Positions 1 through 9,761 of a stretch of 64,000 bases of DNA are shown here, piece after piece. A model generated the notes under the pieces. The model was not told where the DNA came from. It did no database searches and was given only the letters and a program-made list of their open reading frames with translations. This DNA is from Oceanispirochaeta sp. (GTDB taxonomy: Bacteria; Spirochaetota; Spirochaetia; DSM-2461), in NCBI GenBank assembly GCA_963666275.2, contig CAXXOA010000001.1:1120001-1184000 (forward strand). Reading direction: 5' to 3'. Within the stretch, counting starts at the first letter, position 1, and the number at the start of each line of letters is the position of its first letter. The translations under genes and the position numbers were made by a program.

Positions 1-635
1 AGGTGTTCATGGGTTATATTGGTCAGAACAGCAGTATCGAAAAGGACATCCGCCAGGCGGGAATTCTTTTCGGAAAGGCCGTGGGAAGTGGCTTCCAGAA
101 CGGCAAATTCTTTTCCGTTGTCCACCATCTCTTTGAGAATCCGGTGAATCTGCGGCGCCTCGGGAGTGGACTGCCTGTAGGGATTTGAGACGACATGATC
201 CCCCGACTGATAGCTCACTGTAGAGAGGAAACCGGCTTTCTGCCCTTCCAGTTCCAGCATCTGATGGATGAAGGACACAGTGGTGCTTTTTCCGTCTGTT
301 CCCGTTACTCCGATGATTTTCATCTGTCTGGCAGGATAGTCATAGAATGCCGCCGAAAGGGGAGACATGGCCTGACGGGTGTTCTTTACCCGGATATAGG
401 TGACTCCGTCGGAGTAGTAATCCTGCTCCCGGGAGTAGACAATCCCGGCAGCGCCTTTGTGAATGGCATCAGCAATAAACTCATGGCCATCTGTATGAAC
501 CCCTTCCAGGGCAAAGAATAGCGTTCCCTTTCGGACCTCTCTCGAGTCGTATTCCAGGGATGTAATCTCTATTGTTTCATCGCCTCTGACATCCAGAGGT
601 TTGATGTCTTTTATGATCTGTTCAACTGTTTTCAT
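1..635 (-). CDS. murE: UDP-N-acetylmuramoyl-dipeptide amino-acid ligase MurE, 5' part (runs off the window start)
   Basis: Not in the ORF track. Manual translation from ATG 635 gives MKTVEQIIKDIKPL..SLEYDSREV..LFFALEGVHTDGHEFI..IIGVTGTDGKSTT..QSTPEA..LEATSHGL..TNITHEH, the MurE N-terminal and P-loop motifs. Confidence 0.93.
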   Translation of the reverse strand, partial: MKTVEQIIKDIKPLDVRGDETIEITSLEYDSREVRKGTLFFALEGVHTDGHEFIADAIHKGAAGIVYSREQDYYSDGVTYIRVKNTRQAMSPLSAAFYDYPARQMKIIGVTGTDGKSTTVSFIHQMLELEGQKAGFLSTVSYQSGDHVVSNPYRQSTPEAPQIHRILKEMVDNGKEFAVLEATSHGLSEKNSRLADVLFDTAVLTNITHEH

Positions 636-695
636 GCCCTCATGTTAACAGTATATTCCGGTCTGTATCAAGTAAAACATTGCAGGCCGGGATCA

Positions 696-2237
696 TCAGA
701 TATCCAGAATGGCCTGAGCGGAGCGCAGACCGTCAGAGGCGGAGCTTATAATTCCCCCCGCATATCCCGAGGCTTCTCCGCAGAAGTAGAGGTTTTCCGT
801 CGTCTCCACAAGGCCTGTCATTTTATCTCTGATGACCTGAACCGGTGAGGAGGTTTTGCTCTCCAGCCCCAGAATCTGTCCCTGTTCAAACCCCGGCAGC
901 CGTCTGGCCAGGTCTTTCAGTCCCTCCTGCAGCGACTTGCCGATTTCCCGGGGGAGGAGGGCGGTGAGATCCGCCTGGATCAGTCCCGGTTCATAGGAGG
1001 AGGCTGTCAGGGGGGAGTCCGGCCGGCCTGTGATAAAATCGCTGATCTTCATAGCCGGTGCCCTGTACCCGGAGGACACCTGATAAAAGGAGTTTTCAAG
1101 ATCCTTCAGCCAATTCAGGCTGTCTTCCGGGGAAATCTCCCGGTTCAGCAGCTCCGGGAGAGACAGGCCTGCGACAATAGCGGCATTGGCAAACTCTCCG
1201 TCCCTCCGGTAGTAACTCATGCCGTTGACAATATTCTGATCTCTGTAGGAGGGGGCGGGAACGATTTTTCCCCCCGGGCACATGCAGAATGTATAGACAG
1301 GCAGATCCCCTCTGTCGCTGGTCAGACGGTATTCGGCGGCTTTGACTCCCGGCAGGGAGGGGCAGCCCCACTGGATGCGGTTTATCAGTTCCTGGGGATG
1401 CTCCATCCGGCAGCCCAGGGCAAAGTTTTTTGTTCGGAAGGGGATCTTTCTGGCCATGAGCATCCTGTAGCTGTCATAGGCCGAATGACCCGTAGCCAGA
1501 AGAGCCGCATCGCAGGGGAAGCGCTCCGATTCTGTCAGTACCGCCCGGATGCGGCCCCTTTCCATTTCAAGATCCGTCATGACAGTACCGAAGAGGATCG
1601 TCCCTCCGGCTTCCTGAAATGAACGGCGCATATTTCCGGCGATCCTTATGAGATTGTCGCTTCCTATATGGGGATGGGTCAGGTAGAGGATCTCCTCAGG
1701 GGCTCCCTGCCGGACAAACTCCTCCATAATATACTGCTTTTCTTTTTTGCTGTGTTTGCTCCGGGAGGTCAGTTTCCCGTCGGAAAAGGTTCCCGCTCCT
1801 CCCTCTCCGAAGCTGTAGTTGCTGTTGTCTGTAAAGATACCCTGCTGATCCAGCTTCTCTATGTCTTTCTGTCTCTGTTCTACCGCAGTCCCCCGTTCAA
1901 GCAGGGTGACTGAGCATCCCGATAGCTGCAGAAAAAGGGCCGGGAAAATCCCTGCAGGTCCCGAACCCACGACTACTATCTTTTTTCCCTTTCCCTGCCG
2001 GGGATCCGGTGCAAGGGGGGCGGCAGGCCGGGGCATGTTCCCCTGATCTTTCAGGGAAGGAGATTCCAGTTCTATCCTTATACTCCAGTGAATCCTGTCT
2101 TTTCTCCGGGAATCCAGGCTCTTCTTTACGATTCTGTAGGTGTAATCTTTTAATTTCACCTGTGAGCGGAGCGCATCCGCCAGATCTTTTTCCTCATATC
2201 CGCAGGGAAGTTTGATATCTATCTCTTTTCGGCCCAA
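696..2237 (-). CDS. FAD-dependent oxidoreductase (uncharacterised FAD-dependent dehydrogenase family)
   Basis: VVGSGPAG Rossmann motif, FGEGGAGTFSDGKL, YTFCMCPGG and GEASGYAGGIISSASDG; TTG start with GGAGG upstream. Confidence 0.85.
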   Translation of the reverse strand: MGRKEIDIKLPCGYEEKDLADALRSQVKLKDYTYRIVKKSLDSRRKDRIHWSIRIELESPSLKDQGNMPRPAAPLAPDPRQGKGKKIVVVGSGPAGIFPALFLQLSGCSVTLLERGTAVEQRQKDIEKLDQQGIFTDNSNYSFGEGGAGTFSDGKLTSRSKHSKKEKQYIMEEFVRQGAPEEILYLTHPHIGSDNLIRIAGNMRRSFQEAGGTILFGTVMTDLEMERGRIRAVLTESERFPCDAALLATGHSAYDSYRMLMARKIPFRTKNFALGCRMEHPQELINRIQWGCPSLPGVKAAEYRLTSDRGDLPVYTFCMCPGGKIVPAPSYRDQNIVNGMSYYRRDGEFANAAIVAGLSLPELLNREISPEDSLNWLKDLENSFYQVSSGYRAPAMKISDFITGRPDSPLTASSYEPGLIQADLTALLPREIGKSLQEGLKDLARRLPGFEQGQILGLESKTSSPVQVIRDKMTGLVETTENLYFCGEASGYAGGIISSASDGLRSAQAILDI

Positions 2238-2249
2238 AACAGGGACCTC

Positions 2250-3188
2250 CTATTGGTTGTTTATATTTGTATCCGCCCAGTCCTGCCGGTTCGGATGTTC
2301 CCTCATAAAAGCTTCCGCCTCCATCAGATCCGGAAGCCCCTCATGCCCTTTGCCTGTGCATTTCAGAGCCGATGCGGCCATGGCCAGTTTAAGGGATTCC
2401 TCCAGATTGTCCTTCCGTGTCAGGGCTGCCGCAAAAGCGCCGTGCATGGTATCGCCCGCCCCGTTGGTATCGACTGCCTGGACGGGAAAGGCATCCAGAT
2501 GTCTGACTCTCTCTCCGTCACAGTAGGAGAGGCCCTTTCCGCCGTTGGTGACAACACAGACGCCTCCGTAGGTTTTCTGCAGACGTTCCGCCTGTTCCAG
2601 ACCGTTGCTGCTGCCTGTGAGTCTCTGCGCCAGGGCCCCCGACAGGATGGGATAGTCCGCCAGACTCAGAAGTTTGTCTCTCAGAGGGTGGGAATTGTTG
2701 GGGCTCAGATCCAGAACTACAGGAACTTTCCGAGCCTTTGCCTCTTCGGCCCATTCCACGGCATTCCGCATCCAGCTTCCATCCAGGAGGAGGACTGTGA
2801 GACTTTCAATCCTGTCCCTGTCGGCGGGAGACATTTCGGGATAGTAATCCCTGTCCCGGAGCCCCCTCTGATGGAATATTGTCCGTTTTCCTTCCGGGTC
2901 GGTCAGAATCAGACTGAGCGGGGTTGGCAGATTCAGCCGGCGTGTATTGGCGGTGTCCACTCCCTCGGCGTTCAGGCAGTCCAGCAGAAAGCCGCCTTCT
3001 TCATCCAGACCCAGAGCTCCTCTATAGCTTACGGGACTGCCCAGACGGGATGCGGCCAGGAGGGCGTTGAGAGTCATGCCTCCGGGAACGGTGAACCTCT
3101 CCTTTATATAGCTGGTTTCCTCCTGACGGGGCCAACCTGTAATGTGGGCAATTTTATCTAAAGCGCAGCCGCCGAATCCGCCGATCAT
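2250..3188 (-). CDS. PfkB/ribokinase-family carbohydrate kinase
   Basis: PGG..N..A.SRLG and VDTNGAGD PfkB signatures. Start moved from 3317 to ATG 3188 (MIGGFGG), which has a GGGAG RBS and a promoter-like sequence upstream. Confidence 0.85.
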   Translation of the reverse strand: MIGGFGGCALDKIAHITGWPRQEETSYIKERFTVPGGMTLNALLAASRLGSPVSYRGALGLDEEGGFLLDCLNAEGVDTANTRRLNLPTPLSLILTDPEGKRTIFHQRGLRDRDYYPEMSPADRDRIESLTVLLLDGSWMRNAVEWAEEAKARKVPVVLDLSPNNSHPLRDKLLSLADYPILSGALAQRLTGSSNGLEQAERLQKTYGGVCVVTNGGKGLSYCDGERVRHLDAFPVQAVDTNGAGDTMHGAFAAALTRKDNLEESLKLAMAASALKCTGKGHEGLPDLMEAEAFMREHPNRQDWADTNINNQ

Positions 3189-3222
3189 GTTCTTCTCCCT
3201 TCCTGCCTGTACGATGAAATTC

Positions 3223-3250
3223 ATTGTGAATAAAAAAGGGGAATAGTCAA
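3223..3250 (-). promoter_or_regulatory. putative sigma70-type promoter for the PfkB/FAD oxidoreductase genes
   Basis: TTGACT-16 nt-CACAAT on the minus strand. Confidence 0.4.
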
Positions 3251-3416
3251 GAAAACTCCTTTGAAATAGCAGGGAATTGACCTGAAAAGCCGGTGTTTCT
3301 CCCCTCGGCTGGAACAAATGGAGCTTGACAGAACAGGAATCGTTGATTAAGTATTTTAGAATTGACCGGAATTTCTGCAGATAAAACTGGAGAAATCAAT
3401 AAAACTGGAGGCATTC

Positions 3417-5771
3417 GTGGCATCTAAAAAGAAATTATTAATTGTTGAAAGCCCGGCAAAAGCCAAAACAATAAAAAAAATCCTGGGAAAGGATTTCACT
3501 GTGAAAGCCTCAGTCGGTCATATCCGTGACCTCAACTCGAAAGGCCGAGGCAAGAAAGCTCTGGGTATAGACACAGAGCATGATTACAAGCCCGACTATA
3601 TTGTTATAAAAGGTAAAGAGAAGACCGTTAAGGAACTTCAGGATGCCGCAGCCAAGTCGGATGAAATCTACCTGGCTCCCGACCCCGATAGAGAAGGGGA
3701 AGCGATCGCCTGGCATCTGAAAGAAGCTCTGGGCCTCAGCGATGAGGAAGCCAAGAGAGTCACCTATTCGGCCATTACCAAAAGCGCTGTTCAGCAGGCA
3801 CTGGAAAACCCGAGAAGCATAGATATGAACCTTGTGAATGCCCAGCAGGGCCGGAGGGTTCTGGACAGGCTTGTAGGTTTCAGCCTCTCTCCCTTTCTGT
3901 GGAAAAAAGTCGCCAAAAATCTGAGTGCCGGGCGGGTTCAGTCAGTTGCCGTACGGATTGTGGTGGACAGGGAACGGGAAATCAAGGCTTTCAATCCCGA
4001 AGAGTTCTGGAAAATTAAAGCCCAGGTCTCTCCTGAAAAAAAGGAGAAAGATGCCTTTGAAGCCCAGCTGGTCCGCTGGCAGGGGAAAAAATTCGAATTG
4101 GGAAATCCCGTTGCCCAGACCGAGTCTACCGCCAGGGAAGTCGCCGATCACATCAGCACAAACCCCCTGAAAGTCAAGAAGGTGGAAACCCGGGAAGCCA
4201 AGGGAAAAACAAGCCCTCCCTTTATTACCTCCACTCTTCAGCAGGCCGCCAGTACGGCCCTCAGTTTCGGTACAAGCAAAACCATGAGTGTAGCACAGAA
4301 ACTCTATGAAGGTATGGAGATAGAGGGGACCACCCAGGGGCTTATTACCTACATGAGAACCGATTCTACCAGAATCGCTCCGGAAGCGCTGGAAGAAGTC
4401 CGGGAATATATCAAAGAGAATTTTGACCCTGAATATCTGCCTGAGAAACCTCAGATCTACAGTACAAGCAAAAATGCCCAGGATGCTCATGAGGCGATCA
4501 GGCCCTCTTCGGTGGCCCTGACTCCCGAAAAGGTTCAGCCCTTCCTGACAAGAGACCAGTATCGTCTGTATGAACTGATCTGGCGGCGTTTCGTGGCATC
4601 CCAGATGCCCCCCGCCCGGTATGATGTTACCACCGTAACCATTGAATCCGGAGAAGGCGAACTGGAGGCAAAGGGCAGAATTACCCGTTTCAAAGGGTAC
4701 ACCATCCTGATTCCCGAAGGAAAAGCAGGTAAGAAAGAGGACGGGAAATATCAGAATCTTCCCGATATCAAACAGGAGGATCTTCTGGACCTTCTGGGAC
4801 TGGATGTGACCCAGAATTTTACCAAACCCCCGGCCCGTTATTCCGAAGCCTCACTGGTAAAAGCTCTTGAAAAAGAGGGAATCGGCCGGCCTTCAACCTA
4901 CGCTCCCATTATCAAGACCATTAGCGACAGGGGATACGTGCGCCTTGAAAACCGGTATTTTCATGCCACAGAGCTCGGAATCGCCGTGAATGATATTCTG
5001 GTGCAGAATTTCAACAACATCATGGATCTCAGTTTTACAGCCGGAATGGAGGGAGATCTGGACCGGGTGGAAAACGGAGAAACAGACTGGGTCAAGCTTG
5101 TAGACGGTTTTTACAAGCCTTTTTCCCAGCAGCTGGACAAGGCACTGGAAGATGCGGAAGCCCTGAAGGGACGGCCCTGGGACGGTGAGGAGAAATGTCC
5201 TCTCTGCGGCAGCGGTCTGCTAGTCAGGTATTCTGTAAACGGAGCCTTTCTGGGATGTGAAAAATACCCTGAATGCAAGGGTCTGATTCCCATGCCCGGA
5301 GAGAACGAAGACGGGGATCAGCCGGAAGTGGATGTGAACTGCCCCGAATGCGGTAGTCCCATGATCATGAAAACATCCCGCTACGGTAAACAGTTCCTGG
5401 CCTGTTCAAAGTATCCCGAATGCAAAACCACACTGTCTGTGGATAAAGAGGGAAAACCCGTGGAGCTTCCCAAAGTGGAAATGGACTGTGAAGTCTGCGG
5501 AAAACCCATGGAAGTTAAAATGGGAAGGAGAGGCCCCTTCCTTGCCTGTACAGGATATCCTGACTGTAAAAATACAATGCCTCTGGATAAAGAGGGAAAG
5601 CCGGTAATTCTTCCCAAAGTGGAGGGCGAAGTCTGTGAGAAATGCGGCAAGCCCATGGAAGTGAAGATGGGACGCCGGGGGCCTTTTCTGGCCTGCTCGG
5701 GATTTCCCAAATGCCGCAATGCCAAACCTCTTCCGGGAGACGAGAAAAAGACAGAGAAGGAAAAGGAATAG
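3417..5771 (+). CDS. topA: DNA topoisomerase I with four C-terminal zinc ribbons
   Basis: LLIVESPAKAK, DPDREGEAI, SAGRVQS, ITYMRTD (catalytic Tyr) and GIGRPSTY; four CxxC...CxxxPxC repeats; GGAGG RBS before GTG. Confidence 0.98.
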   Translation: MASKKKLLIVESPAKAKTIKKILGKDFTVKASVGHIRDLNSKGRGKKALGIDTEHDYKPDYIVIKGKEKTVKELQDAAAKSDEIYLAPDPDREGEAIAWHLKEALGLSDEEAKRVTYSAITKSAVQQALENPRSIDMNLVNAQQGRRVLDRLVGFSLSPFLWKKVAKNLSAGRVQSVAVRIVVDREREIKAFNPEEFWKIKAQVSPEKKEKDAFEAQLVRWQGKKFELGNPVAQTESTAREVADHISTNPLKVKKVETREAKGKTSPPFITSTLQQAASTALSFGTSKTMSVAQKLYEGMEIEGTTQGLITYMRTDSTRIAPEALEEVREYIKENFDPEYLPEKPQIYSTSKNAQDAHEAIRPSSVALTPEKVQPFLTRDQYRLYELIWRRFVASQMPPARYDVTTVTIESGEGELEAKGRITRFKGYTILIPEGKAGKKEDGKYQNLPDIKQEDLLDLLGLDVTQNFTKPPARYSEASLVKALEKEGIGRPSTYAPIIKTISDRGYVRLENRYFHATELGIAVNDILVQNFNNIMDLSFTAGMEGDLDRVENGETDWVKLVDGFYKPFSQQLDKALEDAEALKGRPWDGEEKCPLCGSGLLVRYSVNGAFLGCEKYPECKGLIPMPGENEDGDQPEVDVNCPECGSPMIMKTSRYGKQFLACSKYPECKTTLSVDKEGKPVELPKVEMDCEVCGKPMEVKMGRRGPFLACTGYPDCKNTMPLDKEGKPVILPKVEGEVCEKCGKPMEVKMGRRGPFLACSGFPKCRNAKPLPGDEKKTEKEKE

Positions 5772-5920
5772 GAGACATTTCTGTTCCCGGGGAAAGATTT
5801 CTCTTTACTAAATCTTTTTCAATTCTTATTTTTTAAATAATAATCCGGAACTGGATAGTTGTGCACGGATGAAATCTGCTGCTCTGCCTTTTCAGGCAGG
5901 GGCGGATATGAGGTGATTAT

Positions 5921-8143
5921 ATGGAAAAAAATCCAGACGATAACAAATTGAATTCAAAAGGTCAGGACAACGACGACTGGAGAAACCGTCTGAAAGAAGA
6001 ATTAAAACCTGAAAAGATTGATCAGCGGATGAAAAAATTCAGAAACGGAAAGTTCAGATTTTCCTTCTGGTATTTTCTGCTGGTGATCCTTGTCCTTGTG
6101 GTTCTGAACTTTATGTTCATGAGAGCCCCTGATGAGGTGATTGAATTCAGCAGTTTCAAGGAAAGGGTGGAGGCCGGAGAGATCAAGAGGGTCAAACTGA
6201 CCAACTCGTTCTACTACGGAATGACTTACACCTCCAGTGAGTATGCCAATCAGGTTGTCAATACCTTTACAGACCGCCTGGCCGGGCGGGACAATCTCGA
6301 CGGGGGACAGATCTATAAAACTGTTCCCATCAACGATCCTACATTTGTTCCTCTCATGGAAGAGATGGGGGTAGAGTACTATGCGGAACAGGAGAAGAGG
6401 AATTACTTCCTTGAAATCCTTGTCAGCTGGATCGTACCGCTCCTCTTTCTTGTGTTCATATGGAGAATGATCTTCAAGCGGATGGGAAATATGGGCGGAT
6501 CCAATGTGATGAGTTTCGGCCAGAACAACTCTAAAATCGTGGCGGAAAGCGATCTGCTGACCCGCTTTAAAGACGTGGCGGGGTGTGAAGAGTCCAAAGA
6601 TGAACTTGTAGAAGTGGTAGACTTTCTGAAAACTCCGGACAAGTATACCGCTATCGGCGGTAAAATACCCAAGGGTGTTCTTCTGGTAGGCCCTCCGGGA
6701 ACTGGTAAAACCCTGATGGCCAGGGCTGTAGCCGGAGAAGCGGGGGTGACCTTTTTCAGAATGAGCGGTGCGGACTTTGTAGAAATGTTTGTAGGTGTGG
6801 GTGCCGCCAGAGTCCGGGATCTGTTCAAACAGGCCCGGGAAAAGGCTCCCTGCATCATCTTCATAGATGAGCTTGATGCCATCGGAAAAAGCCGGGCCGG
6901 GGCTATGTCGACCAATGACGAGAGAGAGCAGACCCTGAACCAGCTGCTTGTAGAAATGGACGGATTTGATTCCACTTCGGGTGTTATCATTCTTGCCGCC
7001 ACCAACAGACCTGAAGTTCTGGATCCGGCTCTCCTGAGACCCGGCCGTTTTGACAGACAGGTTCTGGTGGATAAGCCGGACCTTCTGGGACGGGAGGCGA
7101 TTCTGAAGATCCATTCAGCCAATGTCAAACTGGATCCTTCTGTCGATCTGAAGGATATTGCCAAAGCCACTCCGGGGTTTGTGGGAGCCGATCTGGCGAA
7201 TATTATCAATGAAGCGGCTCTGCTGGCTGTGCGGTCGGGAAGAAAGGCTGTACTGACCATTGACCTGGAAGAGGCAATCGAGAAGATCATTGCGGGACTG
7301 GAAAAGAAAAACAGACTGATCAATCCCAGAGAACGGGAGATCGTGGCCTATCATGAGACCGGTCATGCCCTGGTGGCGGCGTTTACGCCCGATGCGGATC
7401 CGGTTCAGAAAATCTCTATTGTTCCCCGGGGAATGGGAGCACTGGGGTATACCCTGCAGACTCCTACTGAGGACCGTTTCCTTATGACCCGGGAGGAACT
7501 GATCGGAAGGATTGATATCCTCCTGGGAGGAAGAGCCGCCGAAGAAATTGTTTTTGGAAAACTCTCCACAGGGGCTTCCAATGATATTATGAAATCGACG
7601 GACATCGCCCGGAATATGATTACCGAATACGGTATGAGCGACCGTTTCAGGAATGTAACTCTTACAAAGAGAAACAATTCCTACCTGGAAGGGGCGGGAT
7701 CCCAGAAAGAGTATTCCGAGTCTACCCAGCAGTACATAGATGATGAAATCTCCAAGCTCATGGATCAGCGCTATAAGATTGTGAAAAGCCTTCTTGAAAA
7801 ACACAGGGACCTGCTGGAGAAAGTGACAGACCATCTGATGGATGTGGAAGTTGTTTCGGCCGAAGAGTTCCTGGAGATGATCGATGCAGATGAAGCCGGT
7901 GCGGCTGAACTTGTTTCCCGAAAAGAAAAGGACATGAAAGTTTCAAAAAGAGCGGAAGAGATGGGACGGAAAAGAAACGATGCCATTATCGCCCGCAATA
8001 AAGCCAGGGAACTGGCCGAAAAGAACGAACCCCCTCAGGTCAATCGGGAACACAAGAAGGAGTCTCCCTTCACGAGGGAAGTTCCCCTGTCCATGGAGGA
8101 TTCAGAGGATAAAGAAGAGGATAAGGATAATCAGGAGAGCTGA
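5921..8143 (+). CDS. ftsH: ATP-dependent zinc metalloprotease FtsH
   Basis: Two TM segments, Walker A GPPGTGKT, Walker [20 protein letters not shown] and HETGH zinc motif. Confidence 0.98.
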   Translation: MEKNPDDNKLNSKGQDNDDWRNRLKEELKPEKIDQRMKKFRNGKFRFSFWYFLLVILVLVVLNFMFMRAPDEVIEFSSFKERVEAGEIKRVKLTNSFYYGMTYTSSEYANQVVNTFTDRLAGRDNLDGGQIYKTVPINDPTFVPLMEEMGVEYYAEQEKRNYFLEILVSWIVPLLFLVFIWRMIFKRMGNMGGSNVMSFGQNNSKIVAESDLLTRFKDVAGCEESKDELVEVVDFLKTPDKYTAIGGKIPKGVLLVGPPGTGKTLMARAVAGEAGVTFFRMSGADFVEMFVGVGAARVRDLFKQAREKAPCIIFIDELDAIGKSRAGAMSTNDEREQTLNQLLVEMDGFDSTSGVIILAATNRPEVLDPALLRPGRFDRQVLVDKPDLLGREAILKIHSANVKLDPSVDLKDIAKATPGFVGADLANIINEAALLAVRSGRKAVLTIDLEEAIEKIIAGLEKKNRLINPREREIVAYHETGHALVAAFTPDADPVQKISIVPRGMGALGYTLQTPTEDRFLMTREELIGRIDILLGGRAAEEIVFGKLSTGASNDIMKSTDIARNMITEYGMSDRFRNVTLTKRNNSYLEGAGSQKEYSESTQQYIDDEISKLMDQRYKIVKSLLEKHRDLLEKVTDHLMDVEVVSAEEFLEMIDADEAGAAELVSRKEKDMKVSKRAEEMGRKRNDAIIARNKARELAEKNEPPQVNREHKKESPFTREVPLSMEDSEDKEEDKDNQES

Positions 8144-8162
8144 TTTTTATCACTTTTATGAT

Positions 8163-8190
8163 CCCGGTTACCCCGTAACCGGGTTTTTTT
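8163..8190 (+). terminator. intrinsic terminator after ftsH
   Basis: CCCGGTTAC-ccc-GTAACCGGG followed by a T7 run. Confidence 0.85.
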
Positions 8191-8252
8191 ATGTATTTTT
8201 TTATTGTTACTTCCCGGTGGAACACGGTAGTATAGGTGTACCGGAGGTATAA

Positions 8253-9686
8253 ATGAATTTTCACTGGACATTTCTGATAGATCTTGGAATCATCTCCCTG
8301 GGACTCCTTCTGGGAACAATGATCCGCTCAAAAGTTAGATTCTTTCAAAAATTCCTTATTCCCAACTCCCTCACGGCAGGATTTATACTGCTTGTCTTCT
8401 ACAACTGGATAGCTCCGGTATGGGGAATCACCACGGATTCTCTCGAAAATATAGTCTATCACTTTCTCAATATCTCATTCATTGCCATGATCCTCCGGGT
8501 CGGCAGCAGGATCAAATCAGAACGGAAAGCCGTGGTTTCCATGGCCACCACTCTTATTACCCAGTATGGTCTGCAGTGCTTTCTGGGAACCCTCCTGACC
8601 CTTGTCATGATCAATACAGTCTTTCCCGATCTCTTTCCCGGATTCGGTCTTTTTGCCACTCTGGGATTTTCCCTGGGGCCGGGCCAGGCTTTTGCCATCG
8701 GTACAGGTTGGGAGCATATGGGGTTTTCAGGGCTCAGTTCCGTTGGGCTGACCTTCGGGGCCGTGGGATTTCTACTGGCCTGTTTCGGCGGAATTTTTCT
8801 TATCAATTTCGCATTGAAGAAAAAGTGGATCTACCCCGAACAGGTTTCAGGGCTCAAAGATTCCACAATACAGAAAGGAGTTCTGAAACGGGGGGATACC
8901 GCACCGGAGGGGAAGATCGAAAACAAGACTTCCGCCGAAGCGATCGATCCCTTTTCTTTCAATTCCGCCATTGTCCTGGCCACCTATCTGCTCTCCTATC
9001 TGCTTCTCCGCTTTCTCAACTATCTTCTGGCCTTTGCCGGCCCCCTGGGGGAGGAGCTGGCTGTGAATCTCTGGGGAATCATGTTTATTTTCAGTGCCAT
9101 TACGGCCATGTTTGTTAAAAAAATCATGTTCATGATGAATCTGGAATACATTGTGGATGATCAGAGGCTCACACGGATTGCCGGCTTCTCGGTGGACTTC
9201 ATGGTGGCTTCCGCTGTGGGCGCCATTTCCATTGCTGTTCTCAGAAGCTACTGGATTCCCATACTGGTTGTGGCAGGCGGGGTAGGAGCTGCCACCATTG
9301 TTACCCATATATGGCTCTCCTCCCGCATCTTTGACGATCACTCCTTCTACAGGGCTATCCTGGTATACGGCTGTGTCACCGGGACTCTCCCCACAGGTCT
9401 GGCTCTGCTGCGGATCATCGATCCCGATTTTGAAAGCCCCGCTTCCAAAGACTACATGTATGCTTCAGGTCTTGTCTTCCTGGCTGTCATTCCGATTCTG
9501 ATCACGGCGAATATGCCCGCCTACGGCGCACTGAAGGGATCCCTGCGAGAGACCTATATTGTTCTGGGGCTTTATGCACTGTATGTGGTTCTCTGTTTTG
9601 TCGCCTATCTGTGGCTGTCGGGAAAGAACAGGTTCAGGAAGCCCGCGGATCTCTGGCTGAAACAGAGAGAACTGGAACATAACTGA
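8253..9686 (+). CDS. sodium/glutamate symporter (GltS-like) membrane protein
   Basis: About 12 hydrophobic segments; FFQKFLIPNSLTAG, GFSLGPGQA and YGCVTGTLPTGLALLRIIDP resemble GltS-family proteins. Confidence 0.75.
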   Translation: MNFHWTFLIDLGIISLGLLLGTMIRSKVRFFQKFLIPNSLTAGFILLVFYNWIAPVWGITTDSLENIVYHFLNISFIAMILRVGSRIKSERKAVVSMATTLITQYGLQCFLGTLLTLVMINTVFPDLFPGFGLFATLGFSLGPGQAFAIGTGWEHMGFSGLSSVGLTFGAVGFLLACFGGIFLINFALKKKWIYPEQVSGLKDSTIQKGVLKRGDTAPEGKIENKTSAEAIDPFSFNSAIVLATYLLSYLLLRFLNYLLAFAGPLGEELAVNLWGIMFIFSAITAMFVKKIMFMMNLEYIVDDQRLTRIAGFSVDFMVASAVGAISIAVLRSYWIPILVVAGGVGAATIVTHIWLSSRIFDDHSFYRAILVYGCVTGTLPTGLALLRIIDPDFESPASKDYMYASGLVFLAVIPILITANMPAYGALKGSLRETYIVLGLYALYVVLCFVAYLWLSGKNRFRKPADLWLKQRELEHN

Positions 9687-9761
9687 TCTGTCCTGATGCA
9701 ATTAGTAATAAAGTCTTTTCGTCTTTCGAAGTAGGCATGGCTAACTATTGACTTTTTTCAG

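Noticed and set aside
3..848. Three short plus-strand ORFs at the window start
   Set aside because: They are antisense to murE and to the end of the FAD oxidoreductase.
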